NCBI GenBank assembly: GCA_964016885.1
Contig: OZ024752.1
Coordinates: 35,526,001 to 35,590,000, forward strand
From: Eledone cirrhosa
Taxonomy: Eukaryota
Direction: 5' to 3'
Length of the DNA: 64,000 bases
Shown: positions 11,807-25,262 of the stretch, piece by piece
Layout of the letters: the number at the start of each line of letters is the position of its first letter
How positions within the stretch are numbered: the stretch's first letter is position 1
Notes under the pieces: model-generated
The model's database searches: none
Seen by the model: the letters and a program-made list of their open reading frames with translations, nothing else
Told to the model about the DNA's origin: nothing
Program-made: the position numbers and the translations under genes

Positions 11807-12230
11807 CTAAGGCGGGTAAAATTCCCGAGATCCATTGACGAGTTCTCTCCAGCGGTCTCTGTCCCTCATTATCGCTGCCATGTCCTGCGTCTCCAACAGA
11901 CCAGTGTCTGTCCTTAGGGCATCAACATACGTTAACCTTGGTCTTCCTCTTCTAGTGTGTCCATGTAGGGGCTCCCACACGAGCACTGAGTGCAATGTCA
12001 ACTCTGGATTTCGGTGAGCATGTCCAGCTAACCTCAGTCTCCTCTGTGTCACTTTTGAGCTGACTTTTGGGATGCTCCCATACAGCTCTGAGTTTTTCAT
12101 CCTCAGTGTATAATGATTAATGTTCAGAGTCATCCTCAGCATTCTTGTGTAGCACCCATCCACCATCTGAGTGAGTTTCTTGTTCAGTGTCCAAGACTCA
12201 GACCCATACAGCAGCACAGACTCCACTACA
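11807..12230 (-). pseudogene. RTE-like LINE 3' fragment (family ending EFYPP*)
   Basis: VVESVLLYGSESWTL...GCYTRMLR...[10 protein letters not shown]...[11 protein letters not shown]; sister copies at 18205, 26695 and 63427. Confidence 0.9.
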
Positions 12231-12839
12231 TATATATAAAGGTGCATGGCTTTGTGGTTAGGGTATTCAGCTTATGGTGTCACGACAAAAAGCACCCAGT
12301 ACACACTATAAAGTGGTTGTGTTGGATAAATGGCAAAAAGCATCCAGCACACACTGTAAATGTGGTTGGCGTTAGGAAGGGCATCCAGCCATAGAAAACC
12401 AGCCAGAAACAGTCCTATATGAGCGAGACACAGTCACCCTACCCAACTTGCCTTTAATGGGACAAACCCGTCTAACCCATGCTAGCGTGGAAAATAGATG
12501 TTAAACGATGATGATGGTAACTTAACTATGGAATAATAGTTCCCCTTCTCGTCCTCCTCACATACAGATATATATATACACACATAGATACATATACTCA
12601 CAGATATACATATACACACATACATTTTCTTAATCGATTTATTGATATATTTTGATTATAAAATATATTCCCGCAGATCAATGAAAATCACAGTTATAGG
12701 TCAGAAAAATATAACAAAAAATTACCAACTTGACATTAAAAAGCTCCCTGGTGATATAGTAGAAGGAAGTTCTTTTATTAAGGTAAATATATTTATTATT
12801 TAAAGATGGTGAATTGGCAAGAGTTGTTAAAACGTCTCA

Positions 12840-13190
12840 GTGACTTGAGACCAGTTCCCAGGTCTACCTCTACCCTGGTCTACCTCTACTCTGATTTCTT
12901 AACACTGGCATTTCTTCACCCAGCGATCATCATTCATGCACATCACATGTCCATGCCAATGCAATCTTTTCTCTTGTACACCACTTCTGATTCCTCTTAA
13001 ACCCATTTCATCCTTTAGTTCATCCAAGCTCCGCCTTTCTCTCACATTTACATTGCACATCCATTGAAGCGTGGCTGCTACGCATGTCCCTTACAGTCAC
13101 TGCCCATGTTTTTTACCATGCATCATCACACTCCAAACATGGGCATCATACAGCTGACCTTTTGTTTGTGGGAGAAACCTTTTGTTGCTC
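12840..13190 (-). pseudogene. Degraded RTE 3' fragment
   Basis: Diverged match to 5440-5780 (catcacatgtccatgcca...ctgattcctctt...catcatacagctg). Confidence 0.6.
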
Positions 13191-13886
13191 TAGAAAAATC
13201 TAGATATGTTGAGAAAGGATTGCATAAAATATTTAGGTAGCTAGTTTGACTAGTGATTGAAATGAGGGGAGACTTATACAGAAAAATGGCACACCCCTAC
13301 GTTTTAGTTTTCAGGAGAGGATAGGGAGAAAGCATCTACCTCCTCACCTTTTCTTAATCTCAGCTACACATACCTTAGCATACTCCTATTTTTTTAAAGC
13401 TTACCACTGGTTGTAACCCCTAAGGAAGTTCAGAGATTAGACTATTATATTGGTAATAACAATAAGAGGGAGAAGAATGAGACAGAAATTGTAGATAGTT
13501 GATTTTTAGTTTACTTACATATAGAATATGATCGATAATGTGCTGTGTGGCAGTACTGGAATTTTGTGTAGAGTTTTCAGATTTTTAGGGCCAAAATATT
13601 TTTTGATATTTTTTGTTCTGAAAAAGAGAAGCAACATTTTGTAAAGTTGTAAAGAAAATATACTTACCCCCGCCCCCCTCCCCAAATAAAGAGGAAAAAA
13701 AGATGGCTGTATGGTTAAGGAGTTTTCTAAAGAACCACGTGGTTTCAGGTTTGGTTCTACTATGCAGCACATTGTCAAGTGTCATATATTATAGTCTTAC
13801 TTAAACCTTTGTGGGTGAAATTTTAAAAGACTGTCAACACACACATTTATAGGAAAAGTAGCCATTAAATGATGATATATATATAT

Positions 13887-13921
13887 TTTCGATCTTACTC
13901 ATACGTGTATGTGAGTGTGTA

Positions 13922-13978
<57 letters not shown>

Positions 13979-14011
13979 ACACTCACATACACGTATGAGT
14001 AAGATCGAAAA
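13887..14011. repeat. Perfect inverted repeat centred on a (TA)n tract
   Basis: tttcgatcttactcatacgtgtatgtgagtgtgt pairs with acacactcacatacacgtatgagtaagatcgaaa. Confidence 0.9.
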
Positions 14012-14326
14012 TTTAACTAGTCAAATAAAAATACTTTGTTTGGCTGTTATACCATTGTTATGTCCCTTTTAGCCCAAGACTGCTGTATTTATTTCCCCTT
14101 ACATGGATGGCTGATAATTAAGTAATGGTGTTAATATAATTAATTAAATCCCTTAAATATAGTACCCCACCATACTGTTGTTGTTCAACGAATAAAGAAT
14201 AAAGGCATCCACCGAAACCTTGAGATAAAAAGCAATGAAGATGCGCCAATGTGATAGATTGCACCTACATATTGTCTTTTATTTTTTTTAAACGTTTATA
14301 TGTACATGATATTACAATCATTATAT

Positions 14327-14806
14327 TGGCAAGAGTTACGGTCCTTGCCATTCTGAGTTCAAATCCCGCCGAGGTTAAATTTGCCTTTCATCCTTACGGG
14401 GTCGATAAAATAAAGTACCAGTAATGCACTGGGTGATTGTTGGCCTTGTGCCAAAAGAAGAAACAATTATATTGGCAGTATCGGTAGAGGGTCGGACGTC
14501 ATGCTTTGACGCATAGAGTTACGGCCCTTTCCATTCTGAGTTCAAATCCCGCCGAGGTCAACTTTGCCTTTCATCCTTACGGGGTCGATAAAATAAAGTA
14601 CCAGTAATGCACTGGGTAATTGCTGGCCTTGTGCCAAAAGTAGAAACAGTTATCTACCCTCTGTTACAATTCTAACTACAACTACTATATTTCTGTTTAA
14701 AGGCCTTGAATTGGCAGAGTCGTTAGAACGATAGAATGCCTTGCAGTATTCATTTTGCCTTCCATCCAATCGAGATTGATAAAGTACCAGTCAAGTACCA
14801 GGGTTC

Positions 14807-14858
<52 letters not shown>

Positions 14859-15176
14859 AAGAAATCTACTGTATTCAGACCTGGAGAGGAGATGGGTTCC
14901 GCCAGGTTTAAAGATACTCTAGAAATAATGTAGGTCATTATGGTGCTCCTACAATTCCCTCAGGAATTAGGGGTCCATGAGACCAGATGAGTTTGTGTTA
15001 TATCTCTCTCTCTATGGGCGGTGGATTGGCAGTATCGGGAGAGGGTCGGACACCATGCTTTCCAGCATAGTTACGTCCCTTTACGATCTGAGTTCAAATC
15101 CCGCCGAGGTTGACTTTGCCTTTCATCCTTACCGGGTCGATAAAATCAAGTACCAGTAATGTACTGGGTAATTGCT
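14327..15176 (+). mobile_element. Cluster of Nin/Deu-like SINE copies (14327-14470, 14471-14652, 15016-15176) plus a related older SINE at ~14705-15000
   Basis: Repeated gagttcaaatcccgccgaggt...gtcgataaaataaagtacc consensus. Confidence 0.8.
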
Positions 15177-15289
15177 CAGGGGACCCTCAGTTTGACATGC
15201 CTACTCTAAGGGAGCCAGGTCCACTTAGGTGATGACTCCTAGGCGACCTCCTGCTGTTTTTTCTCCTCCTCCAGCACGTGATATATAAT

Positions 15290-15935
15290 AATAATAATGA
15301 AAATATTGTGTACAGTGCTCAGGTGCACTACAACTCATCAAAGGTGCATGTATAGTACATAGAATAATGTACAAATGTCAGGAAAATAAACAGTGTATGA
15401 GTCATGATATAATAACAATAACAATAATGAAATATTGTGTACAGTGCCCAGGTGCACCACAACTCATCAAAAAAGTGCATGTACAGTACATAGGGCAATG
15501 CACAAACATCAGTAAAATGAACAGTGCATGAGTCATGATACACACATGTGTGCATGTGTATGGAAGGGGTACATCAGGTGTAGTTTTGGCGTATTTCGGG
15601 AAGCATGAGTGTCTTAAAGGATGCAGTGTCTCGGCAGCTAACAATTGACGCAGGCAGTTTGTTCCATGCTTCAGCAACTCTGAGCGTGAAAAAATGTCTG
15701 CGAAAGTCATGGGAGCTGTGCTGTTTTCTTATCTTGTAGGCATGTCCACGTGTGTTAGACACATGGAGATCAAAGAGGCGCTCAGGGTTGCAGTTGGCGA
15801 GATGGTTAAAAACTTTGTGGGTATTCACCAAGTCCATTGCCAGACGTCGGAGCTTCAATGAATCCATGCCCAGGGAAGCAAGGCGTTCAGAGTATGGTAG
15901 GTGTCTGATGGAGGGTATGCGCTTGATCTTCTTTC
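15290..15935 (-). mobile_element. CR1-clade LINE 3' end with a duplicated 3' UTR segment
   Basis: LPYSERLASLGMDSLKLRR...NTRGHAYKI...RRHFFTLRVAEAWNKLP; tail segment ~15290-15410 is repeated at ~15420-15540. Confidence 0.9.
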
Positions 15936-16161
15936 CGAAGTTCCACTCCACTCATTGTTAATATCTTGCATTTTTTTTTTTTCCTTTTACAATTCTATTT
16001 TCAGGTAAAAAAAGACCGTTGTCTAGTGTATCTATTAAAAGCTCAGGATAGATCATGGGAGTCAATATTACAAAATGGTTTGGAGACATATGATGAAGAG
16101 GCAGATGAAGATAACGCTGGATAAATGGAGCCATAGAACGTGACTGTCTCTTTTGCCTTAT

Positions 16162-16186
<25 letters not shown>

Positions 16187-16194
<8 letters not shown>

Positions 16195-16401
16195 AGATCA
16201 AAAGATGGTTAAAGGAGTTCCATGTATTTTATTATGCGCATTTCAAAAACAAACATCATCATGCAATAATATTTGTGTTTTCATCAGATAAATGTTTTAT
16301 CTGATGAAAACACAAATATTATTGCATGATGATGTTTGTTTTTGAAATGCGCATAATAAAATACATGGAACTCCTTTAACCATCTTTTGATTTTATATTA
16401 T
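16187..16401. repeat. Near-perfect palindrome in (TA)n with a hammerhead in each arm
   Basis: Arms ~16187-16292 and ~16297-16401 are reverse complements; apex near 16294. Confidence 0.95.
16295..16361 (+). ncRNA. Type I hammerhead ribozyme (mirror copy 16227-16292 on the minus strand)
   Basis: ttttat-CTGATGA-aaacacaaatattatt/gatgatgtttgttttt-GAAA-tgcgca-TA-ataaaa; palindromic stem III TGCGCA. Confidence 0.9.
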
Positions 16402-16487
16402 GTATACTCCAGTCCTACAAACTGTAGAGTGCTTCTTATCCGATATCTGCATTGCTTTATTGTACTACAATAAAACTCACCTCCTAC

Positions 16488-16536
<49 letters not shown>

Positions 16537-16577
16537 CTATATCATGACTATATCATAATTATTATATATCAAGACTA

Positions 16578-17032
16578 GGGCAGTGGATTGGCAGTATCGA
16601 TAGAGCGTTAGATAACCATGCTTTGCAGCATAGAGTTACAACCCTTTATGATCTGAGTTCAAATCCCACCGAGGTTAACTTTGCCTTTCATCCTTACGGG
16701 GGTCGATAAAATAAAGTACCAGTCACACACTCGGGTCGATTTAATTGACGTTCCCTTCCCCCAAAATTGCTGGCCTTGTGCCTATATAAGAAACCATTAT
16801 ATATCATGACTTATATGTAACTATATAAGGACTTATATACATAATTGTTTCTACTTTAAGCACACGGCCAGCAATTACCCAGTGCATTACTGGTACTTTT
16901 ATTTTATCGACCCCCGTAAGGATGAAAGGCAAAGTTAACCTCGGCGGGATTTGAACTCAGATCGTAAAGGGACGTAACTATCCTGGAAAGCATGGCGTCC
17001 CACCCTCTACCGATACTGCCAATCCACCGCCC
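16578..17032. mobile_element. Tail-to-tail pair of Nin/Deu-like SINEs (16578-16800 on +, 16842-17032 on -)
   Basis: Same consensus as 3018, in opposite orientations. Confidence 0.85.
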
Positions 17033-17055
17033 TTCTATACCTTATATACATAATG

Positions 17056-17087
<32 letters not shown>

Positions 17088-17677
17088 TTATGATATCATC
17101 ATCATCATCATCATCATCATCATCTTCGATTAAAGGACTTATATACAATGACATTTATATATAATTATATAAGGACTTATGGTGTGCTATTTTAAGAAAC
17201 CTGTTGTTTCTTAACGCTTTGTTTATAAATCCGATACTCACGGCTTATTCAGAGTTAATAACGCTGCATGTTTTATAAATGAACATATAAATAGTTCAAG
17301 GAGACAACAAACTGAGGTACAAAAAGTATTATTAGTTTCACGCTTTATATTGGAAAGAGGAAAGAAAGTTTGATGTTTTGGGCTTAAGTCCTTCTTCATG
17401 AGTACAAAATAGAGACAGGATCACAATGGAGAAATACAATGTCCAATAAAGACACAAAAAAAAAATGAAAATGAAATGGGAAAACAAGAAAGCCGTTGGG
17501 TAGTCTTGGTAATGATGAGGAACACGGGTGGAGTGTGTGTGTATTAGTACCATTATATGTGTGAGTGTGAGTGTAACAAACTTTCTGCCTTGATCACTGG
17601 CCACGTGATGATTCTTAGCCATTTTGAATTCGTTTCTGGCGGGGATCATGGTGGAAAAATCTTTGTCCAATTGAGTT

Positions 17678-17761
17678 ATCTCCTGATGATTTCCAAACCT
17701 CGTTGATTTATCCAAGATCGGATATATCCAAAAATGGAATGAAACCACCGGGGGTAGAGAT
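17678..17761 (+). ncRNA. Type I hammerhead ribozyme
   Basis: Stem I atctc/gagat, CTGATGA at 17683, stem II ttcca/tggaa with a large loop, GAAACC...GGTA stem III; predicted cleavage after 17756. Confidence 0.85.
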
Positions 17762-18012
17762 GTTTTGATGATTTTGGTAAGGTTTATGTACATTTTTTTC
17801 TTCTAACTTTGATTTAGTACCTAATTATGTATGGTTAACTATATGTCTAGTCAATTTCTACAGGCTATCAGAAATACTGGGTAAATTTTCTGTGACTGTG
17901 AGTTGCGGATAAAAAGCTATATCATTTATCTATTGTTTCTTCATAAGTATATTTTAAACTTATAGCCTCGTTTAAATGATTTTTTGTGTGGTTGATTTGA
18001 ATTTTTCTCATG

Positions 18013-18062
18013 ACAGGCTGAAGAAATTGGGGCCCAGAACCCAACGAAACTTGAGTACCTGT
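18013..18062 (+). ncRNA. Type I hammerhead ribozyme
   Basis: Stem I acagg/cctgt, CTGAAGA at 18018, stem II ttggg/cccaa, GAAAC-ttga-GTA; predicted cleavage after 18057. Confidence 0.85.
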
Positions 18063-18156
18063 TTATGTCACTGTTGTAATTATTTATATATATATATAGA
18101 TATAGATATATGTATATATATATATGTATGTATATATATATATGTATATATATATG

Positions 18157-18202
<46 letters not shown>

Positions 18203-18203
<1 letters not shown>

Positions 18204-18468
18204 CCCAAAAGTCAGCTCAAAAGTGACATAGAGGAGACTGAGGTTAGCTGGACATGCTCACCGACATCCAGAGTTGACATTGCACTCAGTGCTCCTTTGG
18301 GCGCCCCTACATGGACACACTAGAAGAGGAAGACCAAGGTTAACGTATGTTGATGCCCTAAGGACAGACACTGGTCTGTTGGAGATGCAGGACATGGCAG
18401 CGATAATGAGGGACAGAGACCGCTGGAGAGAACTCGTCCATGGATCTCGGGAATTTTACCCGCCTTAG
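18203..18468 (+). pseudogene. RTE-like LINE 3' fragment (EFYPP* family)
   Basis: Near-identical to the reverse complement of 11807-12072. Confidence 0.9.
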
Positions 18469-18509
18469 ATAGAGAGAGAGATATATATGTATATATATAT
18501 ATGTATATA

Positions 18510-18554
<45 letters not shown>

Positions 18555-18584
18555 GTATATATATATGTATATGTATATATAATG

Positions 18585-18617
<33 letters not shown>

Positions 18618-18738
18618 GTATATATGTATCTATATATGTATATATGTATCTATATATATGTATATATATATGTATATATATATATATGTGTATATATATA
18701 TATGTATATATGTATCTATATATATGTATATATATATG

Positions 18739-18771
<33 letters not shown>

Positions 18772-18936
18772 GTATATATATTCTTTCTGCTATATCAAGC
18801 GTTAAACTAATATATCCCTTCCATATACTGTACCGATTGTGTTGTTATTTCTGTTTACCTTTATTAATATTATATATATATATACACATATATATACATA
18901 TATTCATATATATATACACATACACACACATATATA

Positions 18937-18976
<40 letters not shown>

Positions 18977-19210
18977 CACACACATATACATATATTGAAG
19001 TGAAGGCGTGTGGCTGAGTGGTTAGAGAATTGGATTCACAATCTTGAGGTTGTGAGTTCGATTCCTGGACCAGGCGATGCGTTATGTCCTTGAGCAAGAC
19101 ACTTTATTTCACGTTGCTCCTTCTACCTGGAGTTGCGGCCGATAGATAGTACTAGCAATTGGAAAGACCAACGGAAACATTGTTCCCTCGGTCCGATTCG
19201 ACGAAAGTCG

Positions 19211-19215
<5 letters not shown>

Positions 19216-19261
<46 letters not shown>

Positions 19262-19276
19262 CATATATATATATAC

Positions 19277-19325
<49 letters not shown>

Positions 19326-19332
19326 CATATAC

Positions 19333-19379
<47 letters not shown>

Positions 19380-19942
19380 CATATACATATATATATATAT
19401 ACATATATATATATACATATATATACATATACATATATATACATATACATATATATACATATATATATATAAACATATATATATATATACACATATATAT
19501 ATATATACACATGTATATATATATACACATGTATATATATATACACACATACATATATATACACACATACATATATATACACACATACATATATATACAC
19601 ACATACATATATATACACATATACATATATATACACACATACATATATATACACACATACATATATATACACACATACATATATATACACATATACATAT
19701 ATATACACACATACATATATATACACACATACATATATATACACACATACATATATATACACACATACATATATATACACACATACATATATATACACAT
19801 ATACATATATATACACATATACATATATATACACATATACATATATATACACACATACATATATATATACACATACATATATATATACACATACATATAT
19901 ATATACACATACACATATATATATATACACACATATATATAT

Positions 19943-19985
<43 letters not shown>
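19216..19985. repeat. Compound (TA)/(CA) microsatellite with an 18-bp period in the central part
   Basis: acacacatacatatatat repeated; source of several spurious ~300-aa ORFs. Confidence 0.95.
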
Positions 19986-20298
19986 CACGACATCCCTCAG
20001 GTACAAGCTGAAGCTGATGCATATAGACAATATGCCCCCACCCCTACGGCAAAAAAGCACTCAGCTCACACCGTAAAGTGGACGTGTAGGCGCCACAGAA
20101 AAAAAGCACCCAGCATTCACTGTAAATGAGGTTGGAGTTAGGAAGGGCATCCAGCTGTAGAAATCAAGCCAGAATCAGTTCCTGTATGAGCAAGACAAGG
20201 TCAGCCGACTGGGTGCTGCCCACAACAGGACAACCCGTCTAACCCATGCTAGTGTGGAAGAACGGACATAAAACAGTCATGATGATGATACATATATA

Positions 20299-20474
20299 CG
20301 AGGGCAATCCCAAAGGTAAGATCTCCTTCCGATATTGCAACTTTTCCGTTAAAATCCTGTGGATGGTGCTTCGGAAAACCTCAGGAACCAAAATGCAGAG
20401 AGCATCCAGAGTGATCCGCCGATCTTTACACATATTTTCCTCGGAAGGAGACCTTACCTTTGGGATTGCCCTCG
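20299..20474. mobile_element. Tc1/mariner-type MITE
   Basis: TIRs CGAGGGCAATCCCAAAGGTAAGaTCTCCTTCCG and CGGAAGGAGAcCTTACCTTTGGGATTGCCCTCG, TA on both sides; a further TIR remnant lies near 20652-20672. Confidence 0.85.
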
Positions 20475-20674
20475 TATATAATAACTGCGCGAAATTCACA
20501 CTTGGCGCTAGCTTTCAACGCGAGCTCCATTCTCAACGGCTGACAAGCCAAGATTAAGCATCGCAGCGAAGCGCGCGCATGTTTGTTTGGGAGTGAAGGA
20601 AGCACAACAGTGTTGCCAACAGCCGTATGAACAGTTTCTCTCCATCCCTTTGGAGACCTTACTTTTGGGATTCA

Positions 20675-20991
20675 TTTCATCCGCTTTTCCCTGCTTGAAA
20701 GGGTGGGACGGGAACTGATTCTGGCTTGATTTCTACAGCTGGATGCCCTTCCTAACACCAACCTCATTTACAGTGAGTGTTGGGTGCTTTTTTGCCGTGG
20801 CGCCTCCACGACCACTTTGCAGTGGAATGATAGGGGCCCCAGTCCCTATCTTCTCATTTCTACAGCTGAGTAAACTGGAGCAATGTGAAATAAAGTGTCT
20901 TGCTCAAGGAAACAACACATCACCCAGTCTGAGAATTGAACTCACAACCTTTCGATTGCAAGGCCAATGCTCTAACCACTAAGCCATGTGC

Positions 20992-20993
<2 letters not shown>
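20675..20993 (-). mobile_element. CORE-like SINE with RTE-type tail (further copy ~25676-26117)
   Basis: Near-identical to 10630-10920. Confidence 0.85.
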
Positions 20994-21081
<88 letters not shown>

Positions 21082-21231
21082 TGTATGTATGTATATATAT
21101 TTTTTTTTCATTTCATTTCATTTTTACGTCCGCTTTTTCCCTGCTTGCAAGGGTGGGACGGGAACTGATTCTGGCTTGATTTCTACAGCTGGATGCCCTT
21201 CCTAACACCAACCTCATTTACAGTGAGTATA

Positions 21232-21595
<364 letters not shown>

Positions 21596-22064
21596 TTCAA
21601 CCCTCGTAATTTTAGACACACAATTTACTGTCTTTATTTCTACATATATTATTATATAATGCAGAGGCGGTGGATTGGCAGTATCGGTAGAGGGTTGGAC
21701 GCCATGCTTTACAGCAAAGAGTTACAGCCCTTTATGGTCTGAGTTCATATCTCGCATATACTTTTGGCACAAGGCCAGCAATAATTCAGTGTATTACTGG
21801 TACTTTATTTTATCGACCCCATAAGGATGAAAAGCAAAGTTAACCTTGGCGGGATTTGAACTCAGAATGGCAAGGGCCGTAACTCTATGCATCAAAGCAT
21901 GGCGTCCGACCCTCTACCGATACTGCCAATCCACCGCCCTTTAAAAAACAATTATTATATAATGCTCAGTATTTATACTTTGAGCTTGTTAATTACAGGG
22001 TATCAGGGTATCAATATTAGTTAGTAACTCTGTATTTTATTTGTATGTATATATATATATATGT

Positions 22065-22096
<32 letters not shown>

Positions 22097-22228
22097 GTCT
22101 TTAAATGTATACTGCCACACTAAATGTTATAATGGATGTCGACCCACCAAGCAACAATATATGCATATGTTTCTGTATGTCTCTTGGGTTGAAAAGGAAG
22201 TCATATATGTGATCATTCATTAATAAAT

Positions 22229-22275
22229 TGCTCTGAAGAATCCAAACCTCGGTTTGGAGGAAACAATTGTAAGCA
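22229..22275 (+). ncRNA. Type I hammerhead ribozyme
   Basis: tgct-CTGAAGA-atccaaacc tc ggtttggag-GAAAC-aatt-GTA-agca; palindromic stem III ACAATTGT. Confidence 0.9.
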
Positions 22276-22312
22276 TATAAATGATTTGAACAGAACTTTG
22301 TTTCATATAACT

Positions 22313-22351
<39 letters not shown>

Positions 22352-22430
22352 TTAATGGTAGCTATGGTGCTTCCATAGTCGGTATGCCAGTTGAGCACTC
22401 TATGTTCTTACAGAGCAGAGTGTGATATAA

Positions 22431-22581
22431 TATAAAACGAAAAATCAGAGATGCTTCTAGACTCAGTTTATTGTGTGTTACATTTGTTTCGTTGGCATTG
22501 TGTCTCGAGCTATCTGCCGGCGAAACACTTGTAACACACAATAAACTGAGTCTTGATGCATCACTGATTTTTCGTTTTATA
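22431..22581. repeat. Imperfect fold-back insertion retaining only a hammerhead-like 3' half
   Basis: tataaaacgaaaaatcag...gtttcg pairs with cgaaacacttgtaacacac...ctgatttttcgttttata; GAAAC-actt-GTA lies next to the apex. Confidence 0.8.
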
Positions 22582-22993
22582 CTATATATATATATAAAAA
22601 CAAAATTTTCCTCTATTCCCATATGTTTCTGTTACCTTCAAAAATAATCACTTGATGGATTTGTATATCTAACATAAAGCAACCTTTATCATAAAATACT
22701 TTTATAATACTTTATATATTATCTAACATTTTACTTCCAGTTATATTCCATCATATATGCTGGATAATGTTTTGGTTTTCTTAATTCTTTAAGGGTTAGT
22801 CAGAGGAGAAAAGAGCAGAACATATGACCTTTACAGGGGTTCTAAGACTGGGAGGATTCTGAGTCGGTCAGGAGTGGGTGCTATGTGAGAGAAGTACTGT
22901 TTCGTAACAAAAAAGAACAAGATAGAATCTACATATGAATTAGCTGTACAAAATGAAGCAATTAGCTACCATTATTAGAGAGATCAAGATCAA

Positions 22994-23418
22994 GGCGGTG
23001 GATTGGGAGTATCGGTAGAGGGTCGGACGCCATGCTTTCCAGCATAGTTACGTCCCTTTATGATCTGAGTTCAAATCCCGCCGAGGTTGACTTTGCCTTT
23101 CATCCTTACGGGGTCGATAAAATAAAGTACCAGTAATGCACTGGGTGATTGCAGGCCTTGTGCCTAAAGTAGAAACAATTATTAGAGAGATCGAAAGGGC
23201 GGTGGATTGGCAGTGTTGGTAGAGGGTCGGACGCCATGCTTTGCAGCAAAGAGTTACGTCCCTTTATGGTCTGAGTTCAAATCCCGCCGAGGTTAACTTT
23301 GCCTTTCATCCTTACGGGGTCGATAAAATGAAGTACCAGTCACGCACTGGGGTCGATTTAATCGACTTTCCCTTCCCCCAAAATTGCTGGCCTTGTGCCT
23401 ATATAAGAAACCATTATT
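22994..23418 (+). mobile_element. Two tandem Nin/Deu-like SINEs
   Basis: Full-length consensus at 22994-23183 and 23197-23418. Confidence 0.85.
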
Positions 23419-23558
23419 ACTGAGGTATCTTTCTACCTGCAGTTGCGACTGGTAGGGTCAGCAATGGAAAGACCATTCGAAACATTGTTTCCTTGGTCTC
23501 ATTTGATGAGTTCCACCCCACTTGGTAAGCGAATGAGGTCTGGGATCTTGACACTTGA

Positions 23559-24230
23559 TATATATATATATATATATTAATATATATATCATCATATATA
23601 TATAAATAAATATATATATGAATATATACATCATCATATATATATAAATATATATATCATCATATATATATAAATATATATATCATCATATATATATATA
23701 TATAAATATATATATGAATATATACATCATCATATATATGGATATATACATCATCATATATATATAAATATATATATCATCATATATATATAAATATATA
23801 CATCATCATATATATATAAATAAATATATATATGAATATATACATCATCATATATATATAAATATATATATAAATATATATATCATCATATATATATAAA
23901 TATATATATCATCATATATATAAATATATATATAAATATATATATAAATATATATATGAATATATACATCATCATATATATACAAATATATATATCATCA
24001 TATATATATAAATATATATATCATCATATATATACAAATATATATACAAATATATATATCATCATATATATATAAATATATATATCATCATATATATATA
24101 AATATATATATGAATATATACATCATTATATATATATAAATATATATATCATCATATATATCATCATATATATATGAATATATACATCATCATATATATA
24201 TAAATATATATATCATCATATATATATATG
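23559..24230. repeat. Complex (TA)n array punctuated by CATCAT/AAAT/GAAT
   Basis: Direct reading. Confidence 0.95.
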
Positions 24231-24388
24231 TGATGATGATGATATATTAATTCGAGTATTTGTTAGTTAATTACCGTTGCCTTGAGAAAACAACAAATTT
24301 CAGCACTGAGCATATAAAAAAATTGAAATAACAGAAGTAAGCTTATTCCATCGTTATGTTTTTCTGTTTTTTCTTTTCAAATTCTAGC

Positions 24389-24443
24389 TGTCTGATGAGG
24401 TCATATTTATTGCATAATGGTTATCATTGAAATATATGTAACA
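24389..24443 (+). ncRNA. Probable degenerate type I hammerhead ribozyme
   Basis: tgt-CTGATGA-(imperfect stem II)-GAAAT-atat-GTA-aca. Confidence 0.5.
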
Positions 24444-25052
24444 ATGATTCTGAATAAACAAAGTTAATTTTAACCTGTCGACTTACACTTCTTATTCCAT
24501 ACGCACGCACACACACATATATATATATATATATAATCATCATCATCATCATTTAATGTCAATCTTCCATGCTAGCATGGGTTAGATGGGAGTTGTCCTA
24601 CTTGAGGCAAGATTGATCGGGTGACCATGTCTCGCTCATATAGGACTATCTGGCAGGTTTTCTATGGCCGGATGCCCTGCCTAACACCAACTACATTTAC
24701 AGTGGTAAATATATATATATATTATACATTTATATATATACATTTACAGTGGTATATGTGTATATATTAGAGAGTTGGATCCTGACAGCTGAGCTCATAC
24801 CATTTTGACAGCAAATTCCAAATTCAGAGTCTTCAATTTGCTGTTGAAATGGCTCTCAAATATATTTACTACCCCAATATCAAGTATCCTACTGGTTGAG
24901 GGTTTTACTATCTTAAAACTGATAAAATCCTGATATATATACACAAAATATATGTGTATATATATATATTCCGAATTTTTAAACCATTCTACGCAGTAAC
25001 TTATTACACTTTATTATATTCTTGAATATCATTATAAATCTTTTAACATTAA

Positions 25053-25262
25053 CCCTTTAATGTTCAAACCGGCCAGAATTCTCTACCTTTTTCTGTTGAA
25101 ACTGGCTGTAACTGGTCACTCAAACTGATGTTAAGGTATTGTTCTCAAAATAAATATTTTCAAAATCTCATAATTTCAATATTATGTGAGATAATTATGT
25201 GAGTTAAAGCATTTACCATGAAAATACAATAGTATATATAGAGTAATATGAATGCTAAAGGG
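25053..25262. mobile_element. piggyBac-like MITE
   Basis: TTAA-CCCTTTA...TAAAGGG-TTAA; related copies at 4317 and ~26510-26685. Confidence 0.75.

Noticed and set aside
19109-20076. Several ~300-aa ORFs rich in Y/I/C/V/H/T (and similar ORFs at 930-1439, 18501-18998 and 57451-58249)
   Set aside because: They are translations of (TA)/(CA) microsatellites, which lack stop codons; there is no protein signal.
22793-22884. Possible plus-strand exon (LVRGEKSRTYDLYRGSKTGRILSRSGVGA)
   Set aside because: Splice signals are only moderate and no domain is recognisable; it cannot be supported from sequence alone.
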